Positions 1 to 12,599 of a stretch of DNA of 64,000 nt are shown in pieces. How positions within the stretch are numbered: position 1 is the stretch's first letter; every line of letters begins with the position of its first letter. The translations under genes were made by a program, and so were the position numbers. The stretch lies in NCBI RefSeq assembly GCF_006345805.1, contig NC_043003.1:74400001-74464000 (forward strand). Reading direction: 5' to 3'. Source of the stretch: Octopus sinensis (Eukaryota). A model generated the notes under the pieces. It had not been told where the DNA came from, did not search any database, and saw only the letters and a list, made by a program, of their open reading frames with translations.

Positions 1-1329
1 TCCCAAAAGCAAATTTAAATATAACATTGGTTGATTTATATCCCCGATGATCCACTAGCGGAAAATATATAATTAAGTAAATGTTAATTATCAGATGATA
101 TCAAGTATTTAACAGATAGCCAATAATGAATTACCCTGAGATGATTATAACAGCAATCAGGTTTCCATCAAATCATACACTACATGCTCAGACAATAGAG
201 ACTTAGATAATATAAGTCGGAATATTGAATCAGACTGTATTATCTAGGAAATTATGATGATGGAATATTATTATCAAGGATGGTATTAGGTAGAATATAT
301 GACCAAAGAAATTATATTTACGATTTCATTAGTCACAGAGACAGTGAATTCGAATAAGGTGCTGTAAGGGTAATCTACAGTAAAATCCGCCAGTGCGACA
401 AGCGTAGATGGTATTACTCTTACATTATAATACGATACAAAGTAAGTATTTGAAAGAGAATATTTTGCCATGTGATATTATTTCACCAGAAAGAATGATT
501 GTAGAATAATTTGTTCATAAAATGAAAATCCGTTGCGCCGATTTTCACCGATAACTGTAATATAAGTAGATTTCTCTGCGCGCTGACCGGAAGAGTAATT
601 CATAATTGTCAAATATAATAATAGGTGTATAAAGTATACTGCTATATATTAGAATGATCTTGCTTCATATATCTATATTCAATTTTTAGCACGATAACGT
701 CATGCGAATTCTTTATGCAGTATTTATTGACTTGATAATATCGCATGCAATGCTATATATATATATATGTTAACGTAAGATGAATAGTTTCACTCATTAT
801 AAAAATGACAATATGAGAAAGATTAACTCGATGCTAACATAAAAAGATCTGATGCATTTCACTATCAAAAAGAGTTGGGATAGTTTATATTCGAAGAAGC
901 TAAACAGTTTGCTTTTGTAATACGACGGATTTTGAGTGAGACATTTTAAAATATATAGAACGTTACATTAAAGATATTCATACTATTTAAAGTATGATGT
1001 CATCTTAAAGCGACATAGTGTTGGATTCCTGGTTGCTACAGCCTTCCAGTGAATATAAATATCCATGTGACTTACAATGAGTTTCCCCGAGGGAAGTAAC
1101 TCGTGTGCATAGAAACCACACAAGTATTTCTACACGGTCGCTCAATAGAATTTCTTTTAATTATGTCCTGGTGTGTTAAAATACGAAAATCGAGATTGAA
1201 AAGGATAGATGACGATATATATCGTCATGCTGGACCGTTGAACTCTGCGCATTATATTCTCTCATCATTTTCTCCTCTTAATCCCTTCTGTATAAGACCT
1301 ATGTTCGAAACGTAAAAGACGTTTCCGTT

Positions 1330-1393
<64 letters not shown>
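1330..1393. repeat. (TA)n microsatellite just upstream of the truncated LINE
   Basis: Near-perfect TA dinucleotide run. Confidence 0.95.
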
Positions 1394-1398
<5 letters not shown>

Positions 1399-1422
1399 AG
1401 TATAAATATATTTATATTAGCA

Positions 1423-2250
1423 TTGAACAGGTATACATGGAGGCACAACTTGGTCCTTAAGGTTATCATCAATGCTATAAAGAACCAAATTCATGTCAAC
1501 AACACTGAGGAAAAACCGTTGAAGGTACCATCAAGAGATTTCATTACCTTCGTGCGACCAGGTCAGCGGATCCGTTTCAAGAAGAAGATCAAGAAACTTC
1601 CTGAGAGAAATGAAAAGTGGAACGGCTATTGGGAGGAAACTGCAGATTTTTCTGGGTGCCAGGTTTTCTTTCCAATCCCAGTTACGAAAAAAACACATAT
1701 TTTGATGTGGTGTGAAAGAAAGAAAGTTGTAAATATAGTCGAGCTAACGGTTCCTCATGAAGATAATATGGACGCCGCTCGGGCTCGAAAATTGAACCGT
1801 TATGTAAACCTCATCGAGGAAAGGAATGTGAAGACACAGGCTGGAAAACTGAACATTTTCCTATCGAAGTCGGTTGTAGAGGGTTTGTTGGACACAGCGT
1901 AAGACGACTGGTGTTATCGCTAGGCCTAAGTCATCGTAAAGTCAATACCACCATGACTGATATCCAATCTACAGTGGAGAAGGCTAGACACTGGATTTAG
2001 TTAAAAAGAGACGATGAGCGATGGCTAGAAGGATATTGACTTTAACTTCATAACCAGCTGATGTAGCAAACGGGACCTCATATCAATGAGGGGGCCGGTG
2101 CGCATTGATGCCGTCGAGAGATAGGCCCCGAAACGGCGCGCATTCTCTCCTGATGACCCGATACACATGCTGGCTTCCGGTATAGGGAGTTTTTGACTGG
2201 TACCACTTGCATGTGCAAGTTGTTTGCAAGACATCATGTGTATATCTGTG
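1423..2250 (+). mobile_element. 5'-truncated RLE-type non-LTR retrotransposon (HERO/R2-group), C-terminal endonuclease region plus 3' UTR, pseudogenised
   Basis: ORF 1423-1902 has RYTWRHNLVL and KKVVNIVELTVPHEDNMDAARARKLNRY. After a frameshift near 1825 the frame continues ECEDTGWKTEHFPIEVGCRGFVGHSVRRLVLSLGL...VEKARHWI*LKRDDERWLEGY* (TGA 2037-2039). These are typical restriction-like endonuclease motifs; the PD motif is decayed. The 3' boundary is approximate. Confidence 0.85.
2091..2156 (+). ncRNA. Non-circularly permuted hammerhead ribozyme candidate in the LINE 3' UTR
   Basis: CUGAUGA 2150-2156, GAAA 2130-2133, GUC triplet 2113-2115. Stem I GAGAGA 2116-2121 / UCUCUC 2144-2149; stem II GGGGCC 2091-2096 / GGCCCC 2124-2129; stem III GCCGU 2110-2114 / ACGGC 2133-2137; extra helix GUGCGC 2098-2103 / GCGCAU 2138-2143. 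Confidence 0.75.
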
Positions 2251-2299
2251 CGTTTCTGTATGTCTGTGTGTGTGTATGTTTTGAAGGGATAGATAAAAT

Positions 2300-3245
2300 A
2301 ACTAATCTCTGTGATGCCTGATCTTTGCAGATCCATTGTGTAAGCCCCCGCCAAAACACTATCACGTGTTGTGCCGAGCGATGCATGGGTCATGTCGGTT
2401 ATGACGTACAACTGAGATATGATTTCCAAGGTGGGTGTCACAGAGGAAAAAAAATTAAAGCAGTGAGTGAAAATGATAGAAGCACAATTTAAGGTCTCAG
2501 ATATAGACATTCTGATTGTTACGCCTAGAGAGGTATGGGGCGTTACAAGTGGAGGAAAGGATAGTGCTACTGACTACTAAATTGTGTAGGTTGCAACGTC
2601 ACATGATTGACAGAGTTGGGGATTAGTAAGAATTGGGTGTGCGGTAACGTGGACAGTAAAATGTTGGTCTAACGGAGACGTATATTTGTGGGTTACTAAA
2701 GAAAAAGGTATCTTCTTATGTGTGAGGCATACATGTGAGAGAAAGCAGAAGGACGGTAGACTTGGTGAGGTCAAAGAGAGAATGACTTCATATTGTGTAA
2801 GAAATTTCCCTGTAGAATGAGGAGACAAAACAGACATTTTGACTTGACTGGGACACAAAATTGAGGCCTCGTCCGTGCCCGCAATGTAGACGGACGAAAC
2901 GAGAGTAAAGAACTGTTCGTTTGGTGGGGGGGGGGAGCTTGGGGGAGGAAAAATAGTAGTAGAAGTCGGAAGATTTATTGAAAGATATGGTGGCAAGAAT
3001 GTTGTTAAAGTGAAATATCCAGAATGGGAGCTTCCAAGAAAGAGAGGAATTCGAGAGAATCTGATGAAAGTTTTAAATCACTTGCGTGAGATAGAAATGG
3101 CGCCGATACGGTCCTAAATGCAGCGGCTATGTTCTTGAAACCGGAATGGCTAAGTAGTGAGAATGTTTTGCCCTGGGACGTTACAAACAAGTAAAAAGAA
3201 AAAAAGTCAGAACAATATGTAAACCTGTTACCATAGCAGTGAAAC
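2300..3245 (-). mobile_element. Decayed I-group LINE 3' fragment (RNase H plus CCHC-like region)
   Basis: Minus frames give KNIAAAFRTVS...KLSSDSLEFLSFLE (resembles AEL.AI...YSDSLS), QFFTLVSSVYIAGTDEASIL (resembles FxWVPSHxGIxGNExAD) and HVTAHPILTNPQLCQSCDVATYTI (resembles the C-terminal Cys/His motif). Stops and frameshifts are present. Confidence 0.55.
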
Positions 3246-3247
3246 AT

Positions 3248-3410
3248 TCTTCTTCTTCTTCTTCTTCTTCTTCTTCTTCTTCTTCTTCTTCTTCTTCTTC
3301 TTCTTCTTCTTCTTCTTCTTCTTCTTCTTCTTCTTCTTCTTCTTCTTTTTCTTCTTCTTCTTCTTCTTCTACTTCTTCTCTTCTTCTTCTTCTTCTTCTT
3401 CTTCTTCTTC
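3248..3410. repeat. (TTC)n/(GAA)n trinucleotide microsatellite
   Basis: About 160 bp near-perfect TTC run; source of the poly-S and poly-R ORFs. Confidence 0.95.
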
Positions 3411-4096
3411 ACCACCACAACTTACCTTCTATACAATTATAGATGTTTTTGCACAGCTATGTAATTATAAGTACAAGAACACATGCGAAAATACAAATGT
3501 TAAAATTTACAGCCACATCCACACACGCACACATGCATATACACTTATGTACATGCATACTGCCTTACTTACATACGTAAATACATACATACATACTTAC
3601 AAATATACATACATACAGATAAATGTTTACGTATAAACATTACATATTGTTTCAGACACTCTACAATGCAGTCAATCGCTTTAAGCGGAAATTAAACTGA
3701 CAAGAATATAAGTTAAACTTTTGACCTCACCAAGTTAACCTTCTGGCAATAGCCTTTAAGGTTATCGCAAATTTCGTTCACTGTGATGTCTTAAATTCGT
3801 TAATGGTTAAAACTCATTTATATGTTCACAGCCAAATGTAATTTCGTTTGCCGAGCTACGTAAAAGAAAACATCCTTCTTACAACGGTGACCATTTGGAA
3901 TTCCCTTCCAAAATAATTCTTTGAGGTAGATGCCTATAGCAGTAGTCCAAGGTTAATGTTAACACCATTAATGTGAAAGGTCACGAAAAGACTTGAGCAC
4001 GTGACATTCCAGCGAATCCATCACCTAATCACATGTACTTATGTACGTTTAATTAAATAAATATATGGGTGTGTCCCTGTGTGCATTTTTATGTAG

Positions 4097-4148
<52 letters not shown>

Positions 4149-4416
4149 TAGAAGAAGAAATGAGGTAGTCAGAAATCCGGATGGTCTTATATTTACAGAT
4201 ATTTATTACTATGTTACATGTTTTTATACATCATATATCATATATCAGCGCTTTCGTCCATTCTCGTGGAGTCTTCAAATTGATCAATTGGAAGACTCCA
4301 CGAGAATGGACAAAAGCGCTAATATATGATATATTATGTATAAAAACATGTAACATAGTAATAAATATCTGTAAATATAAGACCATCCGGATTTCTGAGT
4401 ACCTCATTTCTTCTAA
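4149..4416. repeat. Near-perfect ~270 bp foldback flanked by (TA)n; each arm ends centrally in a degenerate hammerhead motif
   Basis: The left arm gaagaaatgaggtagtcagaaatccggatggtcttatatttacagat... is the reverse complement of the right arm ...atctgtaaatataagaccatccggatttctgagtacctcatttcttc; centre aattgatcaatt at 4278-4289. Confidence 0.9.
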
Positions 4417-4463
4417 TATATGATACCTGTACATCATCTCTATACCTAATATATATATATAAT

Positions 4464-4506
<43 letters not shown>

Positions 4507-5138
4507 TTGTGTATGCGCTGTGTGTATGAAAAAGAAAGTACAACTGTATTTTTTAAAATAGCACATGATACGCGCATGCTAATTACTACGAGACACTTGT
4601 GGGAGAGCTGATATAACTGATAGGTAAATGCTTAAAATTATATTTGCAGGTGTGTTGGGGCAATATAAAGCTACATAAATTAATGATCCACACACAAAGA
4701 AACAACAAACATATTAACACCGAATGTGTCTACAAATGCATCCCTCTCTTATTCATTCGAACGTATAAAATGTTCAGTTCAGATACTTTTCCTGACAAAA
4801 GTTTTCTTATTAATTAGTGGGTAAAAAATACATCACACGGGCTGCGAATCGCGTCAGTGAAGTTTTAGAAAAGTGTTCTGGTGTGTAAGGTTGTTTTGAT
4901 CCTGGCTGCGGTCGGTACTTTGTGTAAGTTAAAAACTGATTCACAAAGTTTACAAAATAACAGTTGTTCAAAATGATTACGAACAAGTGAACACTGACGC
5001 TGAGAGTTCGTGGCTGACAGCCCGCTGCTGCCGATCAGAGTGCGGCTTGGTTGAATTACACAGAAACGAGAACATTTTTCCAAGAGATGAAAGCCACAAA
5101 AATACACACTCACAAACTCACATATTCTTATATACATA

Positions 5139-5550
<412 letters not shown>

Positions 5551-5613
5551 GTAATACCAAAACGAAAGCTATTGAACGACTTTTTATGTCATCACTACTG
5601 TGAGGAAATAATA

Positions 5614-6430
5614 CAGGGTGTTTCAAAGAATTTGATATCGTTTGAGATGTAAATGAAACTAGACAGGTTTAATGTTGAGCAAAATATGATTTATTCCTCC
5701 AAATTTTAATGAGAAATTCAAAGGTATGTGAATTTCATGAACGACTTCGCAAATGCTCAACTGTGACATGGAAATTTTCTGCACCCCAAATGCGAACATT
5801 ATGCTTATTGACTTTGCTATTCGTATGAAATGTGGCCTCATCACTGAAAACAAGACGTTCCTTGAACTCGGCTTCGTAAAGTGTCTCTTGCATATCAACA
5901 TAGAAATATTTGCGCTTTCGCTTGTCATCTGTCATTAAGGCCTGAACGAGCTGCAGCTTGTAGAGTTTCATTAGCAATCGTTTCCTCAGGAAGCGCAAAA
6001 TGTCTTTGGAGAAATCTGGATTTCCAGACTTGTTCTTCTTGTGGACTTCTTGGGGCTTCACAAGAGTTTATGGAGAACCCGCTCAACCTTGTCTTCCGAT
6101 GTTAATGGTTGCCCAGATAATTTTGGCCTGCACAAATAGCCTTCCTTTTTTAATTTTATTGTGGCATGTCCAAATCTGCATTGCAGTTGGTGACTTTTTA
6201 GAGAACTCTCTCACAAATGTACGTTGGACAGTGTTGTTCGACTGTGTTCAAGCTTACTCAAAATCACAAAACGCTTTTTTACCCCCAGTGAATGCCATGC
6301 CTATATCTGAAAACATAAATATATCAAACACTAAACATAAGATTTTGACACATGCTTTTCAAGTATAAACAAGAACTGGCAAAGTTATTAGATTTCGAAA
6401 TGATATCAAAATTTTTTTTGAAACAACCTG
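5614..6430 (-). mobile_element. Internally deleted Tc1/mariner-superfamily DNA transposon with TIRs and TA target duplication
   Basis: TA|CAGGGTGTTTCAAAGAATTTGATATC ... GATATCAAAATTTTTTTTGAAACAACCTG|TA. The minus-strand transposase remnant starts at ATG 6298: MAFTGGKKAFC...TVQRTFVREFSKKSPTAMQIW...SPKKSTRRTSLE...LRKRL...LVFSDEATFHTNSKVNKHNVRIWGAEN, containing the first catalytic D. Confidence 0.93.
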
Positions 6431-7504
6431 TATAATATTCTCTAGGAATACTAATTAAATATCCACTTACTTAATTTATCTAGAAATTGCTTTCTCTGGA
6501 GAATCACACACAGACACACACACACACTCACACACACACATACACTAAACACACACATTCAAATATAAATTAGAAGGAGCACTAATGTTATAGTCATTGA
6601 CCACGCTTACTGAATCCAAACAAGCACTTGCTCGCCGTTAGGCTGCAAATTAGAGCGATTGGAATGAGTCCCTCGAAGCACCGGGTGTTGAAACAAATTA
6701 AAGTCGTCGACAGGCGAGACGACTCTACCTATTCAGGGGAGATGGATATCAACTATTGGCCTTTGTGTGGCATATCAACATCACGTACAGGAACCGAATT
6801 GGAAGCGGACAGAATCGCCACTATATGACTATATGAAAATAGTGTACAAACAATTTGCTGGTATGCCACAGCGATGACGTAAGAATAAATTCAAATATGA
6901 TTTACACAGTTCGCGCCTCTTGCTAGCGATGTATTGTGTATAAAGGATGGAGATATTGTACCGAAAACCAGGAGGCGGAGAATACGCTTGGGGTTAAACC
7001 AGTAGTAACATTCACCCGCTACTTTCATGTGGCAACTCGCTTTACTGCTTAATACATGATATTACGCTATCTCCGCTTGAGATTTTATAACTAGTTATTT
7101 TGCCTGTTGCAAATCAACGACCGATGATCACTTTGTTTATAATATACGTTGGTAGAAGCGGATGTAAGCTATCACTCTACTGCGTAGTTGCGTGCGGGTG
7201 AGAACGAGGCAAATAGCTCGAAACTGGGCCAGTCCCGCGATCCTGTAAGCTGTTAGCAATGTATTGTATATAAAGGGTGCAGAGCTTGACCGAAAAATAG
7301 CTGGCGGAGAAACCGTCTGGAGTTAAACGAGTAGTAACATTCAACTGCCATTTCGATGTAGCTATTCGCTTTACTATATATATATAGGGGTTAAATGAAG
7401 GATACTCTAATGAAATACATTTCTTGTTTCCTGTTTCCTTTTCATTTATATAATTTCCTATACCTATAATTATGTATATGCATACATATATACATACATA
7501 CATA

Positions 7505-7557
<53 letters not shown>

Positions 7558-7581
7558 ATATATGGCTACTTATCACATAGA

Positions 7582-7995
7582 AGTTGCTGCGTGGTAAGTA
7601 GCTTGCTTAACAATCACATGGTTCCAGGTTCAGTCCCACTGCGTGGCAGCTTGGGCAGGTGCCTTCTACTATAGATTTGGGCCGACCAAAGCCTTGTGAA
7701 TGAATTTGGTAGACGGAAACTGAAATAAGCCTGCCGTATATAAGTATATTTATATATATATGTGTGTGTGTGTGTGATTGTGTCTGTGCTCGTCCCCCCA
7801 ACATCGCTTGACAACCGATGCTGGTGCGTTTAAGTCCCCGTACATTAGCGGTTCGGCAAAAGAGAACGATAGAATAAGTACTGGGCTTACAAAGAATAAG
7901 TCTTGGGGTCGATTTGTTCGACTAAATGCGGTGCTCTAGCATTGCCGGAGTCAAATGACTGAAAAAATTAAAAGATTAAAAGAGTAAAGAGTATA
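7582..7995 (+). mobile_element. Octopus tRNA-derived SINE, family A (OK/OR-type), near full length
   Basis: tRNA-like head (gtggtaagtagcttgct...ggttcagtccc), internal TA/TG microsatellite, body cgcttgacaaccgatgctggtg...gcggtgctc..., AAAGAGT tail. Matches the copies at 25545 and 62876. Confidence 0.9.
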
Positions 7996-8454
7996 GACGC
8001 ACACACGCACGCACGCACACGCGCATACACATATACATATATATATATACTTATAAAGGTATATGGATTTACATATCTATTTATATGTGTCTACATATGT
8101 ATGATAATATATGTATGCACGTTAATATATGAGCAAATTTGACTGTTTTATACAGGAAGTAAAAAATCTCATTAAACTTTGCACTGTCTAGAAGAGAATG
8201 GAAAAGATGGAAAAATATAACCTAGTACTGGTAATCTAGAGCAATTTCTGTAAGCAAATTGGGCACTCCTACTGAAGAAATCTTAGAACGTTTCTGGTAA
8301 TACATATATGTCCTATGATAGTATATATACCTACATACATCTACGCTGACACTGTAATATTACAGCTACTCACACGTTTTACATTGGTAATTTATTCATC
8401 GAACATAGTATGATTGAAAGATTTCTTTACCGTATTTTAATCTATATAAAAATT

Positions 8455-8481
8455 TGCGTCTGTATATATGCATGTGTATAT

Positions 8482-8534
<53 letters not shown>

Positions 8535-8709
8535 GTGCGTGTGTGTGTGTGTACGTGCGCTTAAGTGTGTATATATATGTACGTATATCTCTATGTATGT
8601 ATATGTACGTATGTTTATAGATATATATTCATTAATACATTTATATGTACATATGTATATGTATATATATGTGTGTGTATGTATACACACACACAGGTAT
8701 ATATATATA

Positions 8710-8742
<33 letters not shown>

Positions 8743-8745
8743 CAA

Positions 8746-8838
<93 letters not shown>

Positions 8839-8921
8839 GTTGTGTGTGTTTGTATATGTGTGTGTATGAACACTCATTCTCATTGTCCGATATTTAAGTA
8901 AATACATACATATATACACAT

Positions 8922-8971
<50 letters not shown>

Positions 8972-9360
8972 GAATATTTACATGTGTATAGATGAGTATG
9001 TATATGTATGAAGGCACATATATGTGGGCGTATACATACACAATGCACACACGCACATATACGGGAATGACTCTGCATGTGTCTGTGCTTATGTATATTT
9101 GAGCGTTGCAGACAGTCTTTAGATATATGCAACATAGATTAATTAAACTGAAAGCAATCGAAGTATTTGATCATATTCAATCAATACCGGACATAAAGCA
9201 AAGGGGAACAATGGTATATTATGGTGGCATTGATGAAGATGATTACGGATCCTTTGTTCTTTTATCCGATATATCGAAACTGCCCCTTGATATATGAATG
9301 TGTGCGTGTTTATATATACTCTTATATATATATCTATATATATAGACATACATACATTGT

Positions 9361-9405
<45 letters not shown>

Positions 9406-9461
9406 TGTATGCATTATGCATATATATATATATATATGTGTGTATGTGTGTGTATACATAC

Positions 9462-9539
<78 letters not shown>

Positions 9540-9898
9540 GATATGTTTGTATGTATGTTTATGTATACGTCATACGTATGCAAATATATACTCTCATCCT
9601 CTTTCCGGCGTTAAGTACCCAGGTCGATTCGATCAATATTGCTTCTCTTAACGGTTTTTCTTCTTTATTGTATTCATATAAGAAACCGTTGTTTTCGGTC
9701 ATTAGGTTTATAAGAGTTAGTCAATGTCAGAATTATTAATTTCTTTCGCTGTTTGTCTTTCCTTCATCTTATGCTTTTCTTCCCAATATTCAATCAATTT
9801 TATTGGGCCTACTTTTACATTCATCTCGTTTTAGTTGAAGTTATACGTATTCATTTCATAATCATACGTACATACATACATATCTATCTATATATTTA

Positions 9899-9943
<45 letters not shown>

Positions 9944-10095
9944 TGTGTGTGTGTGTGTGTGTATGTATATAGTATATATATATATACGTACATATATATA
10001 TACATACATACATACATATAATATACATACATACATACATATATATGTATACACATACATACATACATATATATATATATATAAACATACAATTT
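8455..10095. repeat. Compound (TA)n/(CA)n/(TACA)n low-complexity region with short unique islands
   Basis: Direct reading; accounts for the many YIYI and CVCV ORFs. Confidence 0.9.
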
Positions 10096-11382
10096 AAGCT
10101 TGTAGATATTCTCAAACATTTTGGTTTCTCATCAAGAACATTGGAAATACATTTGTATTAACGTCATAAAATTTTAACTATCAAGAAAATACGAGTGAAG
10201 AATCAGAAAATTTTGATCGATATATTTGCTGAAAATATGTGGGTGCAATGTATGTGTTTCTGGCGTTGTTGTAGAATCGGAACATGTTGGAGAATATTGT
10301 TACTACGAGTTTTCAGCGTGGACAATGATGTTAATTGCTAAACAAGACATTAAGGGGCATCCAACAAACTGAAAACATTCAATGGTCAACAATGATGTTG
10401 AAATTTAACTAATATATTCAACATATGTGAATTCCCAAGTAATGTTGAGAAATCAAACAATAGCTATTTTCTAGGTTTATTTTCCGATCCTTTTAGGAAA
10501 CTTGATCATGACTTTACAGGGATGGCTATACAACATTCTAGTTCTACGTATTAAATACGGAAAGATTGAAGCATTAACATCTACTTCAATGCTTCCTTCA
10601 ACGTGTAGCTTGTTGTGCCTTAAAATATTAGCTGTGTTATGCATAGGTTATAGCCATTGGCATTAGCAATTCTTATACTTAATATTTGCATTTCTATGAT
10701 GAAAAGAAAATATGGCTTATTATGTGCTGAATTTCCACAGTATATATCACAAACCAAGGGTATTGCTCCAGCATGACCGCAGCCACATAGCTGAAACGAG
10801 TGAAAGAATACATATTCGTTTCACTATTTTGAGAGAAATGGATTTTCCTTTAAGTGAATGATAGCATTATATTGCAATAGTTTAAACTTTGAATCCGAGG
10901 GTATGTAGAATAGCTTGCTGAAATCATTATGTGTCCAAATGTATTTTTGGAGCAAATTTTATGACTTCCTGATACAATGCTGTGTGTTGTTTCAGGAAAC
11001 ACTCCATGTAAAGAATATTCGTTCACCGTCTCACAAGAATTGCATTTATTCCGTAGAGTTTATGAATTAGAAATGGCTGGTTTCTCAGTGGCATATGTAA
11101 CTGAATAAGATGTTTAATTTCAGCCATGTGTGTCATGTTACATCTAGTTTACTAAAACAATGGACATAAAAATACTGGTTTGTATTTTCAACTGAGATGA
11201 AATTTTGTACAGTATAGTCATTTGTGCCTCTGTGGTGATTAGGCGTGTGTGGCATTGCTACTTTTACTCAATGCAAAATACTACTAATGGTCTACTTAGT
11301 GAAAAGTAAACCATTGATAGTATTTAACAATAGTTTTGCTTTTTGCTGATTTACTTTCACTTTTCGATGTTGTTGTTGTTGC

Positions 11383-11420
<38 letters not shown>

Positions 11421-12064
11421 TGTCCCAATGCCTGGAATTGAAATCGGAATATTGGGGTTAGTACCTCGCGCTCTTAAACATTACGCCATATGCCCATGGG
11501 CATGTTTTGTGTTATTTAATTAGGAGTTAATTGGGAAGATGTACTGGGTTTAATTTTAAATCCATCTGATAGTGGAGCCCTGATAACAGAAATCAGGTGT
11601 GTTGAGGAGTAGGCTGCCACACCTTAGGCATTATTGTTCCCTACCAACTCTCACCAAGAGTACCATTATGTGATCACAGCAGCTTCCAAGCTTCACCACT
11701 AATTCTGTTCTCAACAGTTTTAAAGCGGTTACTTCCTCAACTACACTTTGGCATAAATAGATTGATGTAGTTCAGTAGAAAAAGATATTACATAAAAATA
11801 TCTGGGGCAGTAAGGCACCTATTCACTTTAAATTTACATAAACTTTTTAATTTTAATATAAAAGTATATTTTTCTTGGGTTTAAATGATAGAACAATGTA
11901 TGAGGAATTCAGAGTTGTTAGTCGTATTGAACAAAAGTCAGTAGACGAAAACTTATGGGACGAAATATCACGAAATTTCGTGTAAGTAAGAGTGTAAGGA
12001 AGTAACGATTATCAATAAGAATATCAATTAAAGAATATATTGCTAAAATGAGTGGTTATGCTCT

Positions 12065-12178
12065 GAGGCGGCGACCTGGCAGAAACTTTAGTGTGCCGGG
12101 CATTTAAGTGTGCTTAACGACATTTCGCCTGTTTTTGTGTTTTGAGTTCAAATTCCGCCGAGGTCGACTTTGCTATTT
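12065..12178 (+). mobile_element. Octopus SINE family B, 5' part
   Basis: ggcggcgacctggcagaaac...gagttcaaattccgccgaggtcgactttgc matches the full copy at 46023. Confidence 0.85.
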
Positions 12179-12599
12179 GTCAATTTCTGATATATTCAAT
12201 TTGACGTACAGATTACATAATTTTTTTTTTAAATAAGCACTTTGAAACTTCCGATATTGGTACAATGTGTCACGTAAAACAGTAAACTCTTAACGTTTTT
12301 GACAAAATTTTGTATTTTAGACGTTATTTCGCCACAAGTTACAGTGAGACAATGGAAAAATTCGTGTTTGATAAGAGCCAATACACAGGACTCTCAGGTT
12401 TTGACTTAATCCCTAACTTCTGCCGATGATATATATTGCATATTATAGATATAAGTGTAAAACAATCTCATCACGCAATCAAACCAATGAAAGAACCTCT
12501 ACCTGGTCGCTTGACACGCTAAAAATAGCAACCAACGCATACCCCTACCCAGTATTTTATAAGGTAAAATTCTAAATTATTAATTGACACAATATTAAT

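Noticed and set aside
7582-7650. tRNA-like A and B boxes in SINE heads (also 11420-11500, 46023, 62876)
   Set aside because: These are tRNA-derived SINE heads without a full cloverleaf, not tRNA genes.
8139-8296. Plus-strand segment with acceptor and donor-like ends and a KLGTPTEE CDK-like peptide
   Set aside because: All three frames from the acceptor contain stops; the motif is only 6-7 aa and no other kinase motif is nearby.
10473-11096. Plus-strand exon-like pieces (VYFPILLGNLIMTLQGWLYNILVLRIKY; GNTPCKEYSFTVSQELHLFRRVYELEMAGF)
   Set aside because: The phases do not join, no family was recognised, and the resemblance to Cys-loop receptor M3 is too weak.
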